The notes under the pieces: generated by a model
Seen by the model: the letters and a program-made list of their open reading frames with translations, nothing else
Database searches by the model: none
Told to the model about the DNA's origin: nothing
Translations under genes and position numbers: made by a program
Origin: an uncultured Simkaniaceae bacterium
GTDB lineage: Bacteria; Chlamydiota; Chlamydiia; Chlamydiales; Rhabdochlamydiaceae
Assembly (NCBI GenBank): GCA_963813105.1
Contig: CAWEXT010000003.1
Location: forward strand, 31,790 to 95,789
DNA length: 64,000 nt
Direction of reading: 5' to 3'
Part shown: positions 39,118 through 50,285 of the stretch, in pieces
Position numbering within the stretch: position 1 is the stretch's first letter
Layout of the letters: every line of letters begins with the position of its first letter

Positions 39118-40502
39118 ATGAAAATGCTGCAAGCGATAAAAAATATTTTGTCCGTCGAAGAACTCAAGGAGAAAATCGTCTTTACGCTTCTGATTCTTGT
39201 CGTTTGCCGCATTGGTGCTTATATTCCTGTTCCCGGCATCAATGGCGATGCGGCAGCAGCAGTTTTCGGCAGCACAGGCGGAGGCCAAAATCTCTTCCAG
39301 TTGATGGATGTTTTTTCCGGTGGCGCATTTGCGCAGATGACGATCATAGCGCTTGGCGTGATGCCTTATATCTCCGCCTCGATCATCATGCAGCTTCTCA
39401 TGGCGCTCGTTCCAGTCTTTCAAAGAGAGATCAGAGAGAATCCTGAGGCAGGCCGGAGAAAGATGGGCAAGTGGACCCGGATGTTGACTGTTGCTGGCGT
39501 TCTTTCAGGCTGGACTCTTTGCGAAATATGCTGTTCAGCTTAACGCGGGCACAGCCCAGGCATCATCGTCAATGAACTGCTCGATGTCCAAGATTTTTGG
39601 AGTCCCTGGCTGTTTTATCTTCATCGTCATGTCGACGATGACTGCCGGAACGATTATGCTCATGTGGATCGGCGAGCAGATCACCGAAAAAGGGGTAGGC
39701 AATGGCATCAGCTTGATCATCACGATCGGCATCCTCTCTGCCTTCCGAGCACGCTCGGATCGGTCATCCAGCAGCTCAATCTCGATTCGCAAGAACCCGG
39801 CCAGACTGACCTTTTCCACGCTCTTAGTTCTACTTTGCGTCTTTGTCTTCATCATCATAGGAACGATTTTGATCATCCAAGGACAGCGAAGAATTCCTTT
39901 GCAGTATGCACGGCGAGGCGGCAGCGCAGAAGAGGTACAGGGCGGAAATGCTCATATTCCTCTAAAGATCAACTATGCAGGCGTAATTCCCGTTATTTTC
40001 GCCTCCTCGCTCCTGATGTTCCCGGCGACGATCGGCCAATTCGTCGGACAAGGGAACATGGCTAGGCACAGTTCGCGAATTGGCTATCGCCTGGACAATG
40101 GCTTTATCTCATCGTCTATGTACTGCTCATCATCTTTTTCACTTATTTTTGGACAGCGACCCAATTCCACCCCGAGCAGATCGCCTCCGATATGAAGAAA
40201 AATGGAGCTTTTATTCCAGGGATTCGCCAAGGCAAACCGACACAAGATTATCTTGAATCGACGATGAATCGCATCACCTTTGCCGGTGCGATTTTTTTGC
40301 GGCTATCGCGATTTTGCCAACCCTTGTAGGAAAATTTTTACAGTGTAGATGCCACTATCACCTATTTTTTGGAGGAACCTCCCTGTTGATTCTAGTCGGG
40401 GTTGTTTTGGACACGACGAAGCAGATTGAGTCTCATCTACTTATGAAACGCTACGACGGATTTATGAAAGGGTCGTTTGCGAGGAAGATGAGAGCGTTAT
40501 AA
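39118..40502 (+). pseudogene. secY: Preprotein translocase subunit SecY, multiple frameshifts as assembled
   Basis: The first ~125 aa are intact (RIGAYIPVPGIN, FSGGAFAQMTIIALGVMPYISASII). Later SecY peptides fall in other frames (MLMWIGEQITEKGVGNGISLIITIGI; [23 protein letters not shown]). Confidence 0.88.
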
Positions 40503-40561
40503 CAACTTGAGTTTTAACCAGTAAGCCTGTTAAATTTTTCAGAGAAAAAAGGAAAATAGAC

Positions 40562-40930
40562 ATGCCTAGAGTCATTGGGATCGACATCCCGGATAATAAG
40601 CGTTTGGAAGTGAGCCTTACCTATATTTATGGGATCGGGAGGAAACTTCTCAAACGAAATCATCGAAAAGCTTGGCCTGAATAAGGACATGCGTGCCAAA
40701 ATGCTCACGGAAGAAGATATCGCAAAGCTCAATGCGATTCTGACATCGGAATATATAGTCGAAGGGGATCTGCGCCGACAGTTCAAAACAACATCAAGCG
40801 CTTGATCAGCATCCATTGTTATCGAGGCATGCGCCATCGTTTAGGCCTACCAGTTCGAGGCCAGCGAACACGCACCAACGCACGTACCCGCAAAGGCAAA
40901 CGCAAAACGGTTGCTAACAAGAAAAAATAA
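40562..40930 (+). pseudogene. rpsM: 30S ribosomal protein S13, frameshifted as assembled
   Basis: [26 protein letters not shown], then [31 protein letters not shown] in a shifted frame. There is no long + ORF in the track because of the shifts. Confidence 0.85.
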
Positions 40931-40942
40931 AGGAGAGATCCC

Positions 40943-41366
40943 TTGGCTAAGCAGGAAGCAGAAAAGACAACAGCCATTGCTAAAAAACCGACTGTCGCAA
41001 AAAGAAGAAAGTCGCACGTTCTGTCCCAGTGGAATCGTTCATGTAAAAGCGACATTTAACAATACGATTGTTGCGATCACCGATCTGGCTGGCAATGTAA
41101 TCTCTTGGGCATCAGCAGGAAAAGTCAACTTTTCCGGGTCGCGCAAATCATCCGCATTTGCAGCGACAGTGGCAGCGCAAGATGCCGCAAAAGCAGCGAT
41201 GGCTGCAAGGAATGAAAGAAGTCGAAGTCAATCTAAAGGGCCTGGAGCTGGACGAGAATCCGCAGTTCGCGGCCTGCAAAGCTCAGGACTTATCATCACG
41301 ATCATCCGCGACAAGACCCCGGTTCCCCATAACGGATGCCGTCCTCGCAAGCGAAGACGCGTTTAA
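40943..41366 (+). pseudogene. rpsK: 30S ribosomal protein S11, internal compensating frameshifts as assembled
   Basis: A TTG start after AGGAGAG gives [22 protein letters not shown]. This is followed by [29 protein letters not shown] (other frame) and [33 protein letters not shown]. Confidence 0.85.
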
Positions 41367-41391
41367 TCAATATTCCATAGGAGAGCTGTAC

Positions 41392-42468
41392 ATGGCAGTA
41401 AAGTATGGCAAGTTTGAGTTGCCGAGAAAAATCAAAGTCGATGAAACGATCGCGTAAACCTCATCATGCTCGTTTCATCGCAGAGCCATTTGAAAGAGGA
41501 TTTGGGCATACCGTCGGGAATGCTCTAAGAAGAATCATGCTCACCTCTCTGGAAGCGCCAGCCATTATGTCCTTCCGCATTGAAGGCGTTCCTCACGAAT
41601 ATATGGCTGTCGAAGGAATCATCGAAGACATGACGCACATCGTCCTCAACCTGAAAGGTGCGCTCCTCCGCAAACTTCCGACCGAAGAAGAGTCGGGAAC
41701 ACGCGAAAATCGCATCATCACCAAAATGCTCGATATTACACCTGAGCAGCTCGAAAAAGCTGGCGGCCAGTATTTCGTGACACTGAAAGATCTTATCGGC
41801 AGAATCCGACTTCGACCTCGTCAATCCCGATCTTGCTCATTTTCACGGTGACAAAGCCGATGATCAAACGAGTCGATCTCAAAGTCGGCGTCGGCAGAGG
41901 ATATGTCCCTTCTGAACGCCATCATGTCTTGGACAAAGTCGTCGATGAGATCGTCATCGACTCTGCTTTTTCTCCGGTGCGCCTCGTCAATTATTTTGTC
42001 GAGAACACACGCGTCGGACAAGATACCGACTACGACCGTTTGATTCTCGAAGTGACGACCGATGGACGGATCACCCCCGAAGAAGCGCTTACATTTGCAA
42101 CGCAGATCGGCATCTTCCACTTTGAAGTGTTCGATCAGATCAAGCTCCACAACATTTCTTTCGAACGCGATCAAGTCGAACTCAACACCGACCGCGATGC
42201 GATGATGGCCAAACTCGCTCTCAAGATCAACGAGATCGAACTTTCTGTTCGTTCGACCAACTGCTTAGCAGGCGCTAACATCGATACGATCGCCGAACTC
42301 GTCGTCATGCCAGAATCCGAAATGCTGAAGTTCCGAAATTTCGGAAAAAAATCGCTCAATGAAATCAAAGCCAAACTCGAAGAAATGGGACTTTATCTCG
42401 GCATGGACCTCAGCCAAATTCGGCATCACTCGCGACAACGTCAAGACAAGTCATCACAGAATATTTGA
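41392..42468 (+). pseudogene. rpoA: DNA-directed RNA polymerase alpha subunit, frameshifted as assembled (3' end approximate)
   Basis: FIAEPFERGFGHTVGNALRRIMLTSLEAPAI; GRGYVPSE; C-terminal domain [35 protein letters not shown]. At least 3 shifts. Confidence 0.88.
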
Positions 42469-42490
42469 CAGAAAAAGCAGGAAAGGAAGT

Positions 42491-42913
42491 ATGAGACACG
42501 GAAAACACACATTTAAAATCGGCCGCACAGCATCCCACCGTCGATGCATGATCGCCAACATGCTCAAATCGCTGATCGAGCACGGACGCATCGAGACGAC
42601 CGTAACCAAAGCAAAAGAACTTCGCCGCCATGCAGACAAAATGATCACCCTGGCCAAAGAAGATACACTTGCCAGCAGACGCAAAGCGATTGCTGCACTC
42701 ATGGTTACTTACAATGCTCTTACCCCTAAAGAAGCGCGAGCTGCAAAAGCAGGCGACAAGAGTGCTTATAATAACGACCGTCAAGTCATCGGCAAGCTGC
42801 TCGATTTGGGCAAACGTTTTGCAACACGCAATGGCGGATATACCCGCATCATCAAGAAACAACGCGTCGGCGATAACGCTCCTACTTGCTTCATCGAATA
42901 TCTCCCAGAATAA
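42491..42913 (+). CDS. rplQ: 50S ribosomal protein L17
   Basis: [18 protein letters not shown]..., and GGYTRI. Intact from the internal ATG of ORF 42359-42913. Confidence 0.9.
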   Translation: MRHGKHTFKIGRTASHRRCMIANMLKSLIEHGRIETTVTKAKELRRHADKMITLAKEDTLASRRKAIAALMVTYNALTPKEARAAKAGDKSAYNNDRQVIGKLLDLGKRFATRNGGYTRIIKKQRVGDNAPTCFIEYLPE

Positions 42914-42920
42914 CGAAATT

Positions 42921-42959
42921 ATCGTGTGCGAGCTTCAGGCTTAGCACACGATTTTTTTT
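42921..42959 (+). terminator. Rho-independent terminator ending the ribosomal/rpoA operon
   Basis: ATCGTGTGC, a 14-nt loop, GCACACGAT, then T8. Lies 8 nt after the rplQ stop. Confidence 0.8.
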
Positions 42960-43045
42960 GTCCTAATTTCTTCAATTTTTTTGCTTTACAGCTTTGGAGA
43001 AGTTCCTTACCATTTGATGTGCATCTATCAAGGAAGGCATCCCCA

Positions 43046-44051
<1,006 letters not shown>

Positions 44052-44107
44052 AGAAATGATTATAAATCTCGTACGAGTCTCGTGCGATCTTAAATTGGAT
44101 TATCACC

Positions 44108-44819
44108 GTGCATTATACACGCGAACCTATTATCGAAACTGTCATCACTGCCCGCGACGGCTTCAAGTTGACCGTCCGCAACAGCAAGGGGAGTGAGAAT
44201 GAAGAATACTCAGTAGAAGCCGTAGAAGTCGTCTCCTTCGGCAGCGCGCTTTTTTTCCGTTGTCTGGAAAAACCTAAAGCGTTTCTTCTACCTGTAAGTG
44301 ATTACGAAGTTCTCGAAACAAAAGAAACACGCGTTCTCTTAAAGAGCGCATCTGTCGAGAAATCGATCAAAATCGGCGGAGGCCGCGAAGCGCCACTCCG
44401 AAGAGAAGCTCCCGTCGAAGCTCTGAAACCGTCGTCGAAGAAGAACCTCAGAAGGGGGTCTGCAACCTCCTCGAGAAGGCTCTCGTATGGATAAACGTCG
44501 CGATCGTCGTCGTCATCGCCGTCGTCGTACCAACGATGAACGGACCGAATTGAAAGAATGGAGCGAGAAAAAGGCAGAAGAAACTTCCCTGGCGAATCTA
44601 GAACCCACAGAAGAAAATATCGAAGAGCCACCAGCCACACCTTCGCCGCTTTTCGGAACGCTCATTCCTCCTCCGACAACGCTCATATCCGAGTCGCTGG
44701 CTCGTTATAAAGATACGATCCACATGGAGAATCCACATCCTCCTACGAAAGTGAATGAACCTAAAGCGGAGGAACAATCCGCCGAGACAGTTTCTGCTTC
44801 CGAGGAAGAATTTCAATAA
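44108..44819 (+). CDS. Hypothetical protein(s) with an Arg-rich basic centre (RRDRRRHRRRR); read as two ORFs overlapping by 8 nt, possibly one frameshifted gene
   Basis: ORFs 44108-44494 and 44487-44819 are on the same strand. No motif recognised. Occupies the position downstream of gapA. Confidence 0.4.
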
Positions 44820-44823
44820 GACT

Positions 44824-44997
44824 CCTCAGAAGCTGTCCTAAAAGCAGATTTTATTAAGCTTTGAGGACTTTTTGATGAGATTTTATGATGTCCGACGAGG
44901 ACAATATGCGAAGCTGCATATGGCCGAGGAGGACAGCTTAAAAGATCGCAAAAAGCCCCAAAGATTATAAAATCTAGTTTTAGGATAGCTTCTCAAG
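44824..44997. repeat. Imperfect inverted repeat (~50-55-bp arms, ~60-bp spacer) abutting the 5' end of tRNA-Leu(UAA)
   Basis: The left arm is CCTCAGAAGCTGTCCTAAAAGCAGATTTTATTAAGCTTTGAGGACTTTTTG. The reverse complement of the right arm is CCTTGAGAAGCTATCCTAAAACTAGATTTTATAATCTTTGGGGCTTTTTG. Roughly 80 percent identity by eye. The spacer has its own small hairpins and a second copy of AGGACAGCTT. Confidence 0.6.
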
Positions 44998-45081
44998 GCT
45001 CGGATGGTGGAACGGTAGACACTGGGGACTTAAAATCCCTTGGCTGAATAAGCCGTGCAGGTTCAAATCCTGTTCCGAGCA
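44998..45081 (+). tRNA. tRNA-Leu (anticodon TAA)
   Basis: GCTCGGA acceptor pairing with TCCGAGC plus discriminator A. Anticodon stem GGGGA/TCCCT with loop CTTAAAA. Long variable arm (GGCT..AGCC). T-loop GGTTCAAATCC. Confidence 0.9.
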
Positions 45082-45143
45082 ATTTGAGAGGAAAGCAAGC
45101 CAACTGCTTGGCTTGCGTCAGGATTTGAAGAAGATAGGGCAAC

Positions 45144-45434
45144 ATGTTATTGAAAGAAGCAAAAAAGATATTAAATGGTCACAAGAAAGATCTTGTGCGG
45201 CTAGGTGTTCGTGCACTAGCTCTTTTTGGCTCTGTAGCCAAAAATAAGGCATCAACTAAGAGCGATGTTGATATCTTAGTTGATTTTGATGCGAAAAAGG
45301 GACTATTTGGCTTCATGAATCTTAAGAACTATCTAGAGGAACTTCTTCATTGCGATGTTGACTTGGTGACTAAAAATGCCCTACACCCAGCCTTAAAAAA
45401 GAGAATTCTGAATGAAGCAAAAAATATCTTCTAA
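45144..45434 (+). CDS. Nucleotidyltransferase-domain antitoxin (MNT/MntA type)
   Basis: 96 aa with LFGSVAKN....SDVDILVDF (the GS-x10-DxD minimal nucleotidyltransferase signature). Overlaps the downstream HEPN gene. Confidence 0.8.
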   Translation: MLLKEAKKILNGHKKDLVRLGVRALALFGSVAKNKASTKSDVDILVDFDAKKGLFGFMNLKNYLEELLHCDVDLVTKNALHPALKKRILNEAKNIF

Positions 45435-45775
45435 GGAATGGGTATTTCGAGTTCAAGATATTCTCCAAGCGATTGTGAAAATCGAGCGTTATGTGGATGA
45501 CATGACTTTAGCGAAATTTAAACAAAATCAGCTCGTGATCGATGCCGAAGTAAGGAGTTATAGAGATTATCGGCGAGAAGCAGAAGTGTCCCTGTTCTGT
45601 TCAACATTTTCAACCTGATATCCTTTGGAAGGAGATGATGGGCATGAGGGATGTTTTAATACATAAATATGCTAATGTTGATGTCAAAATTCTTTGGCAT
45701 ACCATGAAAAATGACCTACCAACTCTGAAGAAGCAGCTCAAAGCGCTACTTCAAAATATCAAAAGCAAGTCATAA
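45412..45775 (+). pseudogene. HEPN/DUF86-family toxin (HepT type), one frameshift near 45.55 kb
   Basis: The N-terminal part is QDILQAIVKIERYV. The shifted frame gives IEIIGE...WKEMMGMRDVLIHKYANVD (the R-x4-H HEPN motif) ending at 45775. Confidence 0.7.
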
Positions 45776-45792
45776 TAGCTTTTGCTTGTAAA

Positions 45793-46329
45793 ATGACTGC
45801 ACCAATACTTCTATTCGAAAGTCACGCTACATCAGAAGATAATGAGAGAGGCCTAGCCTCTGGACACTTTGACTCTCCGCTTTCAGAAAAAGGCGTATTG
45901 CAAGCTCTCGAGCTTGGAGCGCGCTATAAAGAAACACCACCAGACATCATACTATGTTCCGATCTTCACCGTTCCTACAAGACCGCAGAGCTCGCTTTTT
46001 CACAAAAAGCTATTCCTATTCTTCGAGATCGCCGATTAAGGGAATGGAATTATGGAAACTACAATGGTAGCCCCGTAGCTGAAGTAGACGTGTTGAAACC
46101 CACATTTATCCACTCCTCTTTTTCTGACGGGGAAAGCCTTCAAGACGCTGTGAAACGGATTTTGCTTTGTGTTGATGAATATCTAAAAAAATATCCTCAA
46201 AAAACGTTGCTGCTCATTGGACATAGAGCTACTTACTATGCGCTCGAGAATAGATACAACGGCATCTCTCTTGAAAGGATCTGCCAAGCTCCCTGGAAAT
46301 GGCAACCAGGATGGCGCTTTAAGGCCTGA
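45793..46329 (+). CDS. Histidine phosphatase (phosphoglycerate mutase-like) family protein
   Basis: 178 aa. The N-terminal LFESHATSEDN motif (an RHG-like variant with catalytic His), SDL.RS and a later GHR pattern. Confidence 0.6.
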   Translation: MTAPILLFESHATSEDNERGLASGHFDSPLSEKGVLQALELGARYKETPPDIILCSDLHRSYKTAELAFSQKAIPILRDRRLREWNYGNYNGSPVAEVDVLKPTFIHSSFSDGESLQDAVKRILLCVDEYLKKYPQKTLLLIGHRATYYALENRYNGISLERICQAPWKWQPGWRFKA

Positions 46330-47772
46330 TTAGTCAATTGGTGGATCAAAGATCGACATACCAAAAGTTTCGCCATTCATCTGTCTGGCGATTTTTTTCG
46401 CACCCGCAAGAGCCTGTAGGATTCCAATTCCATTACACCCGAGATTATACCAGAGATGGGGATGATCGCGATCTTCGCCGACCCACCTGAGCCCATTGTG
46501 GGTATAGCCCATAGTTCCATGCCAGAAATAAGGAATTGAAGTGGGATGCTCAAGCCGCTTACTGAGGAATTCTTCCATAAGCGCAAGACTTTCTTCTGCT
46601 TGGTCCGTTGTATCTTCGGGAGTGAGTGGCGAAGAGAGGGTATATTCGGGTCCTCCGATGACACAGACTCTATGATCGCCATTGCTTTGCGATACAGGAG
46701 CCTCTGAGAGATACCAGTACCGCACCGCGGGATGGGAATCCTCTTCGTTCATAAAACCTATCAATGAAGAGCGAGTCGCTTGGCTTGGATAAGCCGCCAA
46801 ATAGCCTTCTCTTTGAAAGATGAGTTTCTTCAATTTTGTGACGGTCTTTTGTATTCGTTCATCAAAGATGACAAAATCTGTGTAGGCATTGGTGCAAAGG
46901 ATTACATCTTTTGTAAAAATCTTACCGAAAGCATGATGCAAAACTTGCTCATCGTCTCGTAAATCGATTCGGGAAATTTCGCTTTTTTCAAAAATCAGGC
47001 AGCGATCGGGAAACGTCTTTGCCAGGTATTGCAATATTCGGTCGCAAAACAGCGGGTTATTCATACGGACTCTGCTTCTTGCGTCCATCGCCATGGCAAT
47101 GTACTCTGTGCCTTTGATTTCTAAAGCCTTGCTTATTTGCTCCTGAGAAACCCACTGGATTAGATGATGAAAACGGGAAGGGATTTGCTGTTTGATCTCT
47201 TCATCATCGAGTACCCAATAGGTCCAATGAAGATGCCCTATTTGTCCAGCAGGCTCGCCTCCTTCCAAAAACTGAAGAAGTATAGAAGCAGAAGGCAATC
47301 CAAAATAGACCCCAGGAATAGGAAACAGTTCTGACTCAAATCCAATTTCTGCGGAGATGTCATAGAGCAGCTGCATGCCGGACTGAATCTCATTATACGC
47401 TTGCTTGACAGGTTCAAATCCGAATTCTTCGATCAATTCTGTGATCGGCCTTTCTATGTACACTGTTGGGAGACCCGCATTATGCCCAGAGGCGCCACTG
47501 GCCACAAAAGCTCTTTCAAAAAGAGCCACTTTCTTGTCTGTATGGATCAATAAATAGTAGAGGGTTGCTACACCCGAAATGCCAGCGCCGACAACGGCAA
47601 CATCGCAATCCAAGTTAGCCTTGAGTTGCGGCCAAGAGGCTCTTTTCGAATCTAACCAAAGAGAACGGTATTCCATGGCGTAACAATGGATGGGTAATAG
47701 TTGGATGAGGAGTAAAAGAAGAACCCTGAGTGCATGATAGCCGCAAATAGCCAAAAGGTTATCCCTTACCAA
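46330..47772 (-). CDS. FAD-dependent oxidoreductase (DAO/GlpA-like fold) with a hydrophobic N-terminal leader
   Basis: Dinucleotide-binding motif DVAVVGAGISGVATLYYL. 480-aa ORF from TTG. An internal ATG at 47676 is an alternative start. Confidence 0.65.
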   Translation of the reverse strand: MVRDNLLAICGYHALRVLLLLLIQLLPIHCYAMEYRSLWLDSKRASWPQLKANLDCDVAVVGAGISGVATLYYLLIHTDKKVALFERAFVASGASGHNAGLPTVYIERPITELIEEFGFEPVKQAYNEIQSGMQLLYDISAEIGFESELFPIPGVYFGLPSASILLQFLEGGEPAGQIGHLHWTYWVLDDEEIKQQIPSRFHHLIQWVSQEQISKALEIKGTEYIAMAMDARSRVRMNNPLFCDRILQYLAKTFPDRCLIFEKSEISRIDLRDDEQVLHHAFGKIFTKDVILCTNAYTDFVIFDERIQKTVTKLKKLIFQREGYLAAYPSQATRSSLIGFMNEEDSHPAVRYWYLSEAPVSQSNGDHRVCVIGGPEYTLSSPLTPEDTTDQAEESLALMEEFLSKRLEHPTSIPYFWHGTMGYTHNGLRWVGEDRDHPHLWYNLGCNGIGILQALAGAKKIARQMNGETFGMSIFDPPID

Positions 47773-47995
47773 ATTTCAAGGCATTTTCTGGTGCTTCGCG
47801 CTATGGCCATCACACGAACCCGACACTATAAAAGGATCGCTTTTTCTATGCTATTCTGCAAAGAGTTTTACTTGAATTAGAATCTTCCTTTTTTTGACCA
47901 TTCGTCACTTAACAAAAATTGGGAAAGTCAGCTGACGACTGATTGTTTTTTTGAAAATTGCCGAATTCCAAAAACAATGGCAACGAGAAGCACAG

Positions 47996-48859
47996 TTATA
48001 CCAATGCCCTCAAGCAAGGGCGGAAGCCTTTGTGCAAGGATATAGTAGAATAGAACGCCGAAGATCGTTTCAAAGATGGATAATTGCCCGCCAGCGAAAC
48101 AGGAAGATAGACACTTGCTTTATTCCAGAAATAGGCTCCCACCCAAGAGCAGAATATCCCGAGAATGCCGCAGCCGACAATGAACCTTAGAAGTTCATTA
48201 CTCCATGAGAGATACTTTACCGTATCGACTCCAGCAAAGGCTCCATAGATAGCCCCCATGACGATCGCCCAGAATAGTGTCGTGACACCAAACAGAGTGG
48301 ACCAATCACTCGAACTCACTTCCGGATGGTTTTTCAAAAAGCGAGAATTAGCGACCACATACCAACTCCAAGAAATCAACGCGACAAGAGCGCAGAGGAG
48401 TCCCAAAGCATAGGTGGAAAGCGAGCCGCTAGTTTCGATATGTGGAAGATTGATGATGAGCAAACCTACAAGAATGAGCACCGAGGGAAGAATGAGGCTG
48501 CGAAAGGAAACTTCTCTTTGTTTCCAGTTGCCATAGAAGGCAATCGTGATTGGACTGATGCCGATGATCAAAGCGCAAATGGCGGGCGTAGAATAGCGCA
48601 ACGCAAGAACGATGAAGGGATAATACCCTACGCAGAATCCCAAAGAAAGACTGAGGACTTTGACCCAAACATGTTTTGGGTAGCGGCAGGTGCCTTGGGT
48701 TCTTGCCTTGAAAAAAAGCAAACAAGAAATGATGCCATAGACTAAATAGCGTCCTAAAGCGACTTCGAGCGCATCAAAGCCGTTCATGAACTCTGGAACA
48801 ACGAAAATTAGGCCCCAAATAAAACAGGCGCCAAGTGCGAAGAAAATTCCCGTAATCAA
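47996..48859 (-). CDS. EamA/DMT-superfamily transporter
   Basis: 287 aa, ~10 TM segments in two similar halves, typical EamA layout. Confidence 0.65.
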   Translation of the reverse strand: MITGIFFALGACFIWGLIFVVPEFMNGFDALEVALGRYLVYGIISCLLFFKARTQGTCRYPKHVWVKVLSLSLGFCVGYYPFIVLALRYSTPAICALIIGISPITIAFYGNWKQREVSFRSLILPSVLILVGLLIINLPHIETSGSLSTYALGLLCALVALISWSWYVVANSRFLKNHPEVSSSDWSTLFGVTTLFWAIVMGAIYGAFAGVDTVKYLSWSNELLRFIVGCGILGIFCSWVGAYFWNKASVYLPVSLAGNYPSLKRSSAFYSTISLHKGFRPCLRALV

Positions 48860-49016
48860 AGTCGTATCTTTTTTTTGCAGAGTAGTTTAGCAAAAACAAG
48901 GGAAGTCTACAATGGAATGCTGGTCGAGAATCTAAAATTATTTTTTTATATCTTACTAGTTCGATAACAAAGAATCCTTCATTCATAAAAGAGCTTTTGT
49001 TAGAATTCTCCCCTAC

Positions 49017-50285
49017 ATGAAACTTTTTTTGACGCTCTTAGTTCTTTTGTTGAACGTATCTATTTTCGGCAATCCATTATCGCTTGCCGAATTAGTCGAT
49101 ATTGGTTTGAAAAATAATCCAGAAACAGAAAAAGCCTGGGCCAATACCAAACGTGCACAAGCCGCGCTGGGCATTTCCAGAAGCACGAATTATCCCACCG
49201 TCGATGCAACGGGAAATGTGATGCACGGAAGGGAACTTAAATTCCCCAACGGCCCCAACACCAACTTTACAAGCGTCGGAGCCGAACTTTGCCTTACCTA
49301 CCTTCTCTATGATTTTGGAGAAAGGAATGCCACGATTGAGGCCACTAAGGATGCATTGCGTGTAGCCAATTGGGGAGCCGACTTTACGATGCAGCAAGTC
49401 ATCTACAAAGTTTGCTCGCACTACTACGAATATTTGAATGCAGTCGAATTGCTCAAGATGAAAGAAAGCACCTTGAAAGATGCGAATCTAATCTGCGATG
49501 CAGCAGGGGAGCTCCATAAAGCCGGGCTTCGCCGTGGTGGCGATCTCAATTTGAGCAAGGCTGAAGTTGCGCAGATCCAGATGGATGTCGCGCAGCAAAA
49601 GGCGCAGGTGGCGATTGCCTACGGCAAGCTTCTCACAAGTCTTGGCCTTCCGATCGAATCGAAAATCGAAGTGCAGACCAATGCCGAAGGTATGGAAATC
49701 CCCTTTTTTTCTGAAGGGACTTCTCAATTGATCGCTGTTGCGGAAGACCAACGCGCCGATCTCATGGCCAAAAAAGCGAGTCTTGGAGAAATGAAGCAAT
49801 TAGTAAAGCGGGCAAACCGCGCGCCACTGCCGAAATTTCGTGCATTAGGTCAGGGCGGATGGCTGCAATACAACAAGCACCAGGGCAGCAGTTATAACTA
49901 CAATGTCGGAATTGCTCTTGAAATGCCGATTTTCAAAGGCTTCGAATATACCTACAACAAGCGGCTTGCTCTTGCGAATGAAGAAATTACTCTCGCCGAA
50001 CTCAAAGAACTGCAAGATGCAATTGCCCTAGAAGTTTTGACTTATAGTGAATCGGTCAAAGCCGCTCAAGAAGCGCTCAAGTGGAGCGACGAGTACATGG
50101 ATGAGTCGATGAAATCCTATGAAGGATCCCTGGAGGCCTATAAAGCTGGGTTGCAGAACATCTTCGATCTCATCCAGTCGCAAAGATTTCTTGGCGACGC
50201 ACGCATCAGAAAAGCGCAAGCGAGAACGCAATGGCTCGTATCCCTTGCTGAGCTCGCATTTGCAACAGGGAGCATCATGAAATGA
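49017..50285 (+). CDS. TolC-like outer-membrane efflux protein
   Basis: Signal peptide. Two-fold repeat with OEP-type heptad-rich segments. The N-terminus LSLAELVDIGLKNNPE is typical of the family. First gene of a three-gene efflux operon. Confidence 0.8.
   Translation: MKLFLTLLVLLLNVSIFGNPLSLAELVDIGLKNNPETEKAWANTKRAQAALGISRSTNYPTVDATGNVMHGRELKFPNGPNTNFTSVGAELCLTYLLYDFGERNATIEATKDALRVANWGADFTMQQVIYKVCSHYYEYLNAVELLKMKESTLKDANLICDAAGELHKAGLRRGGDLNLSKAEVAQIQMDVAQQKAQVAIAYGKLLTSLGLPIESKIEVQTNAEGMEIPFFSEGTSQLIAVAEDQRADLMAKKASLGEMKQLVKRANRAPLPKFRALGQGGWLQYNKHQGSSYNYNVGIALEMPIFKGFEYTYNKRLALANEEITLAELKELQDAIALEVLTYSESVKAAQEALKWSDEYMDESMKSYEGSLEAYKAGLQNIFDLIQSQRFLGDARIRKAQARTQWLVSLAELAFATGSIMK

Noticed and set aside
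44998-48859. Calling the tRNA-Leu-adjacent segment an integrative element or prophage remnant.
   Set aside because: No integrase, recombinase, transposase or phage gene was found, and I could find no direct repeat of the tRNA 3' end in the window. It is kept only as a weak plasticity-zone observation.
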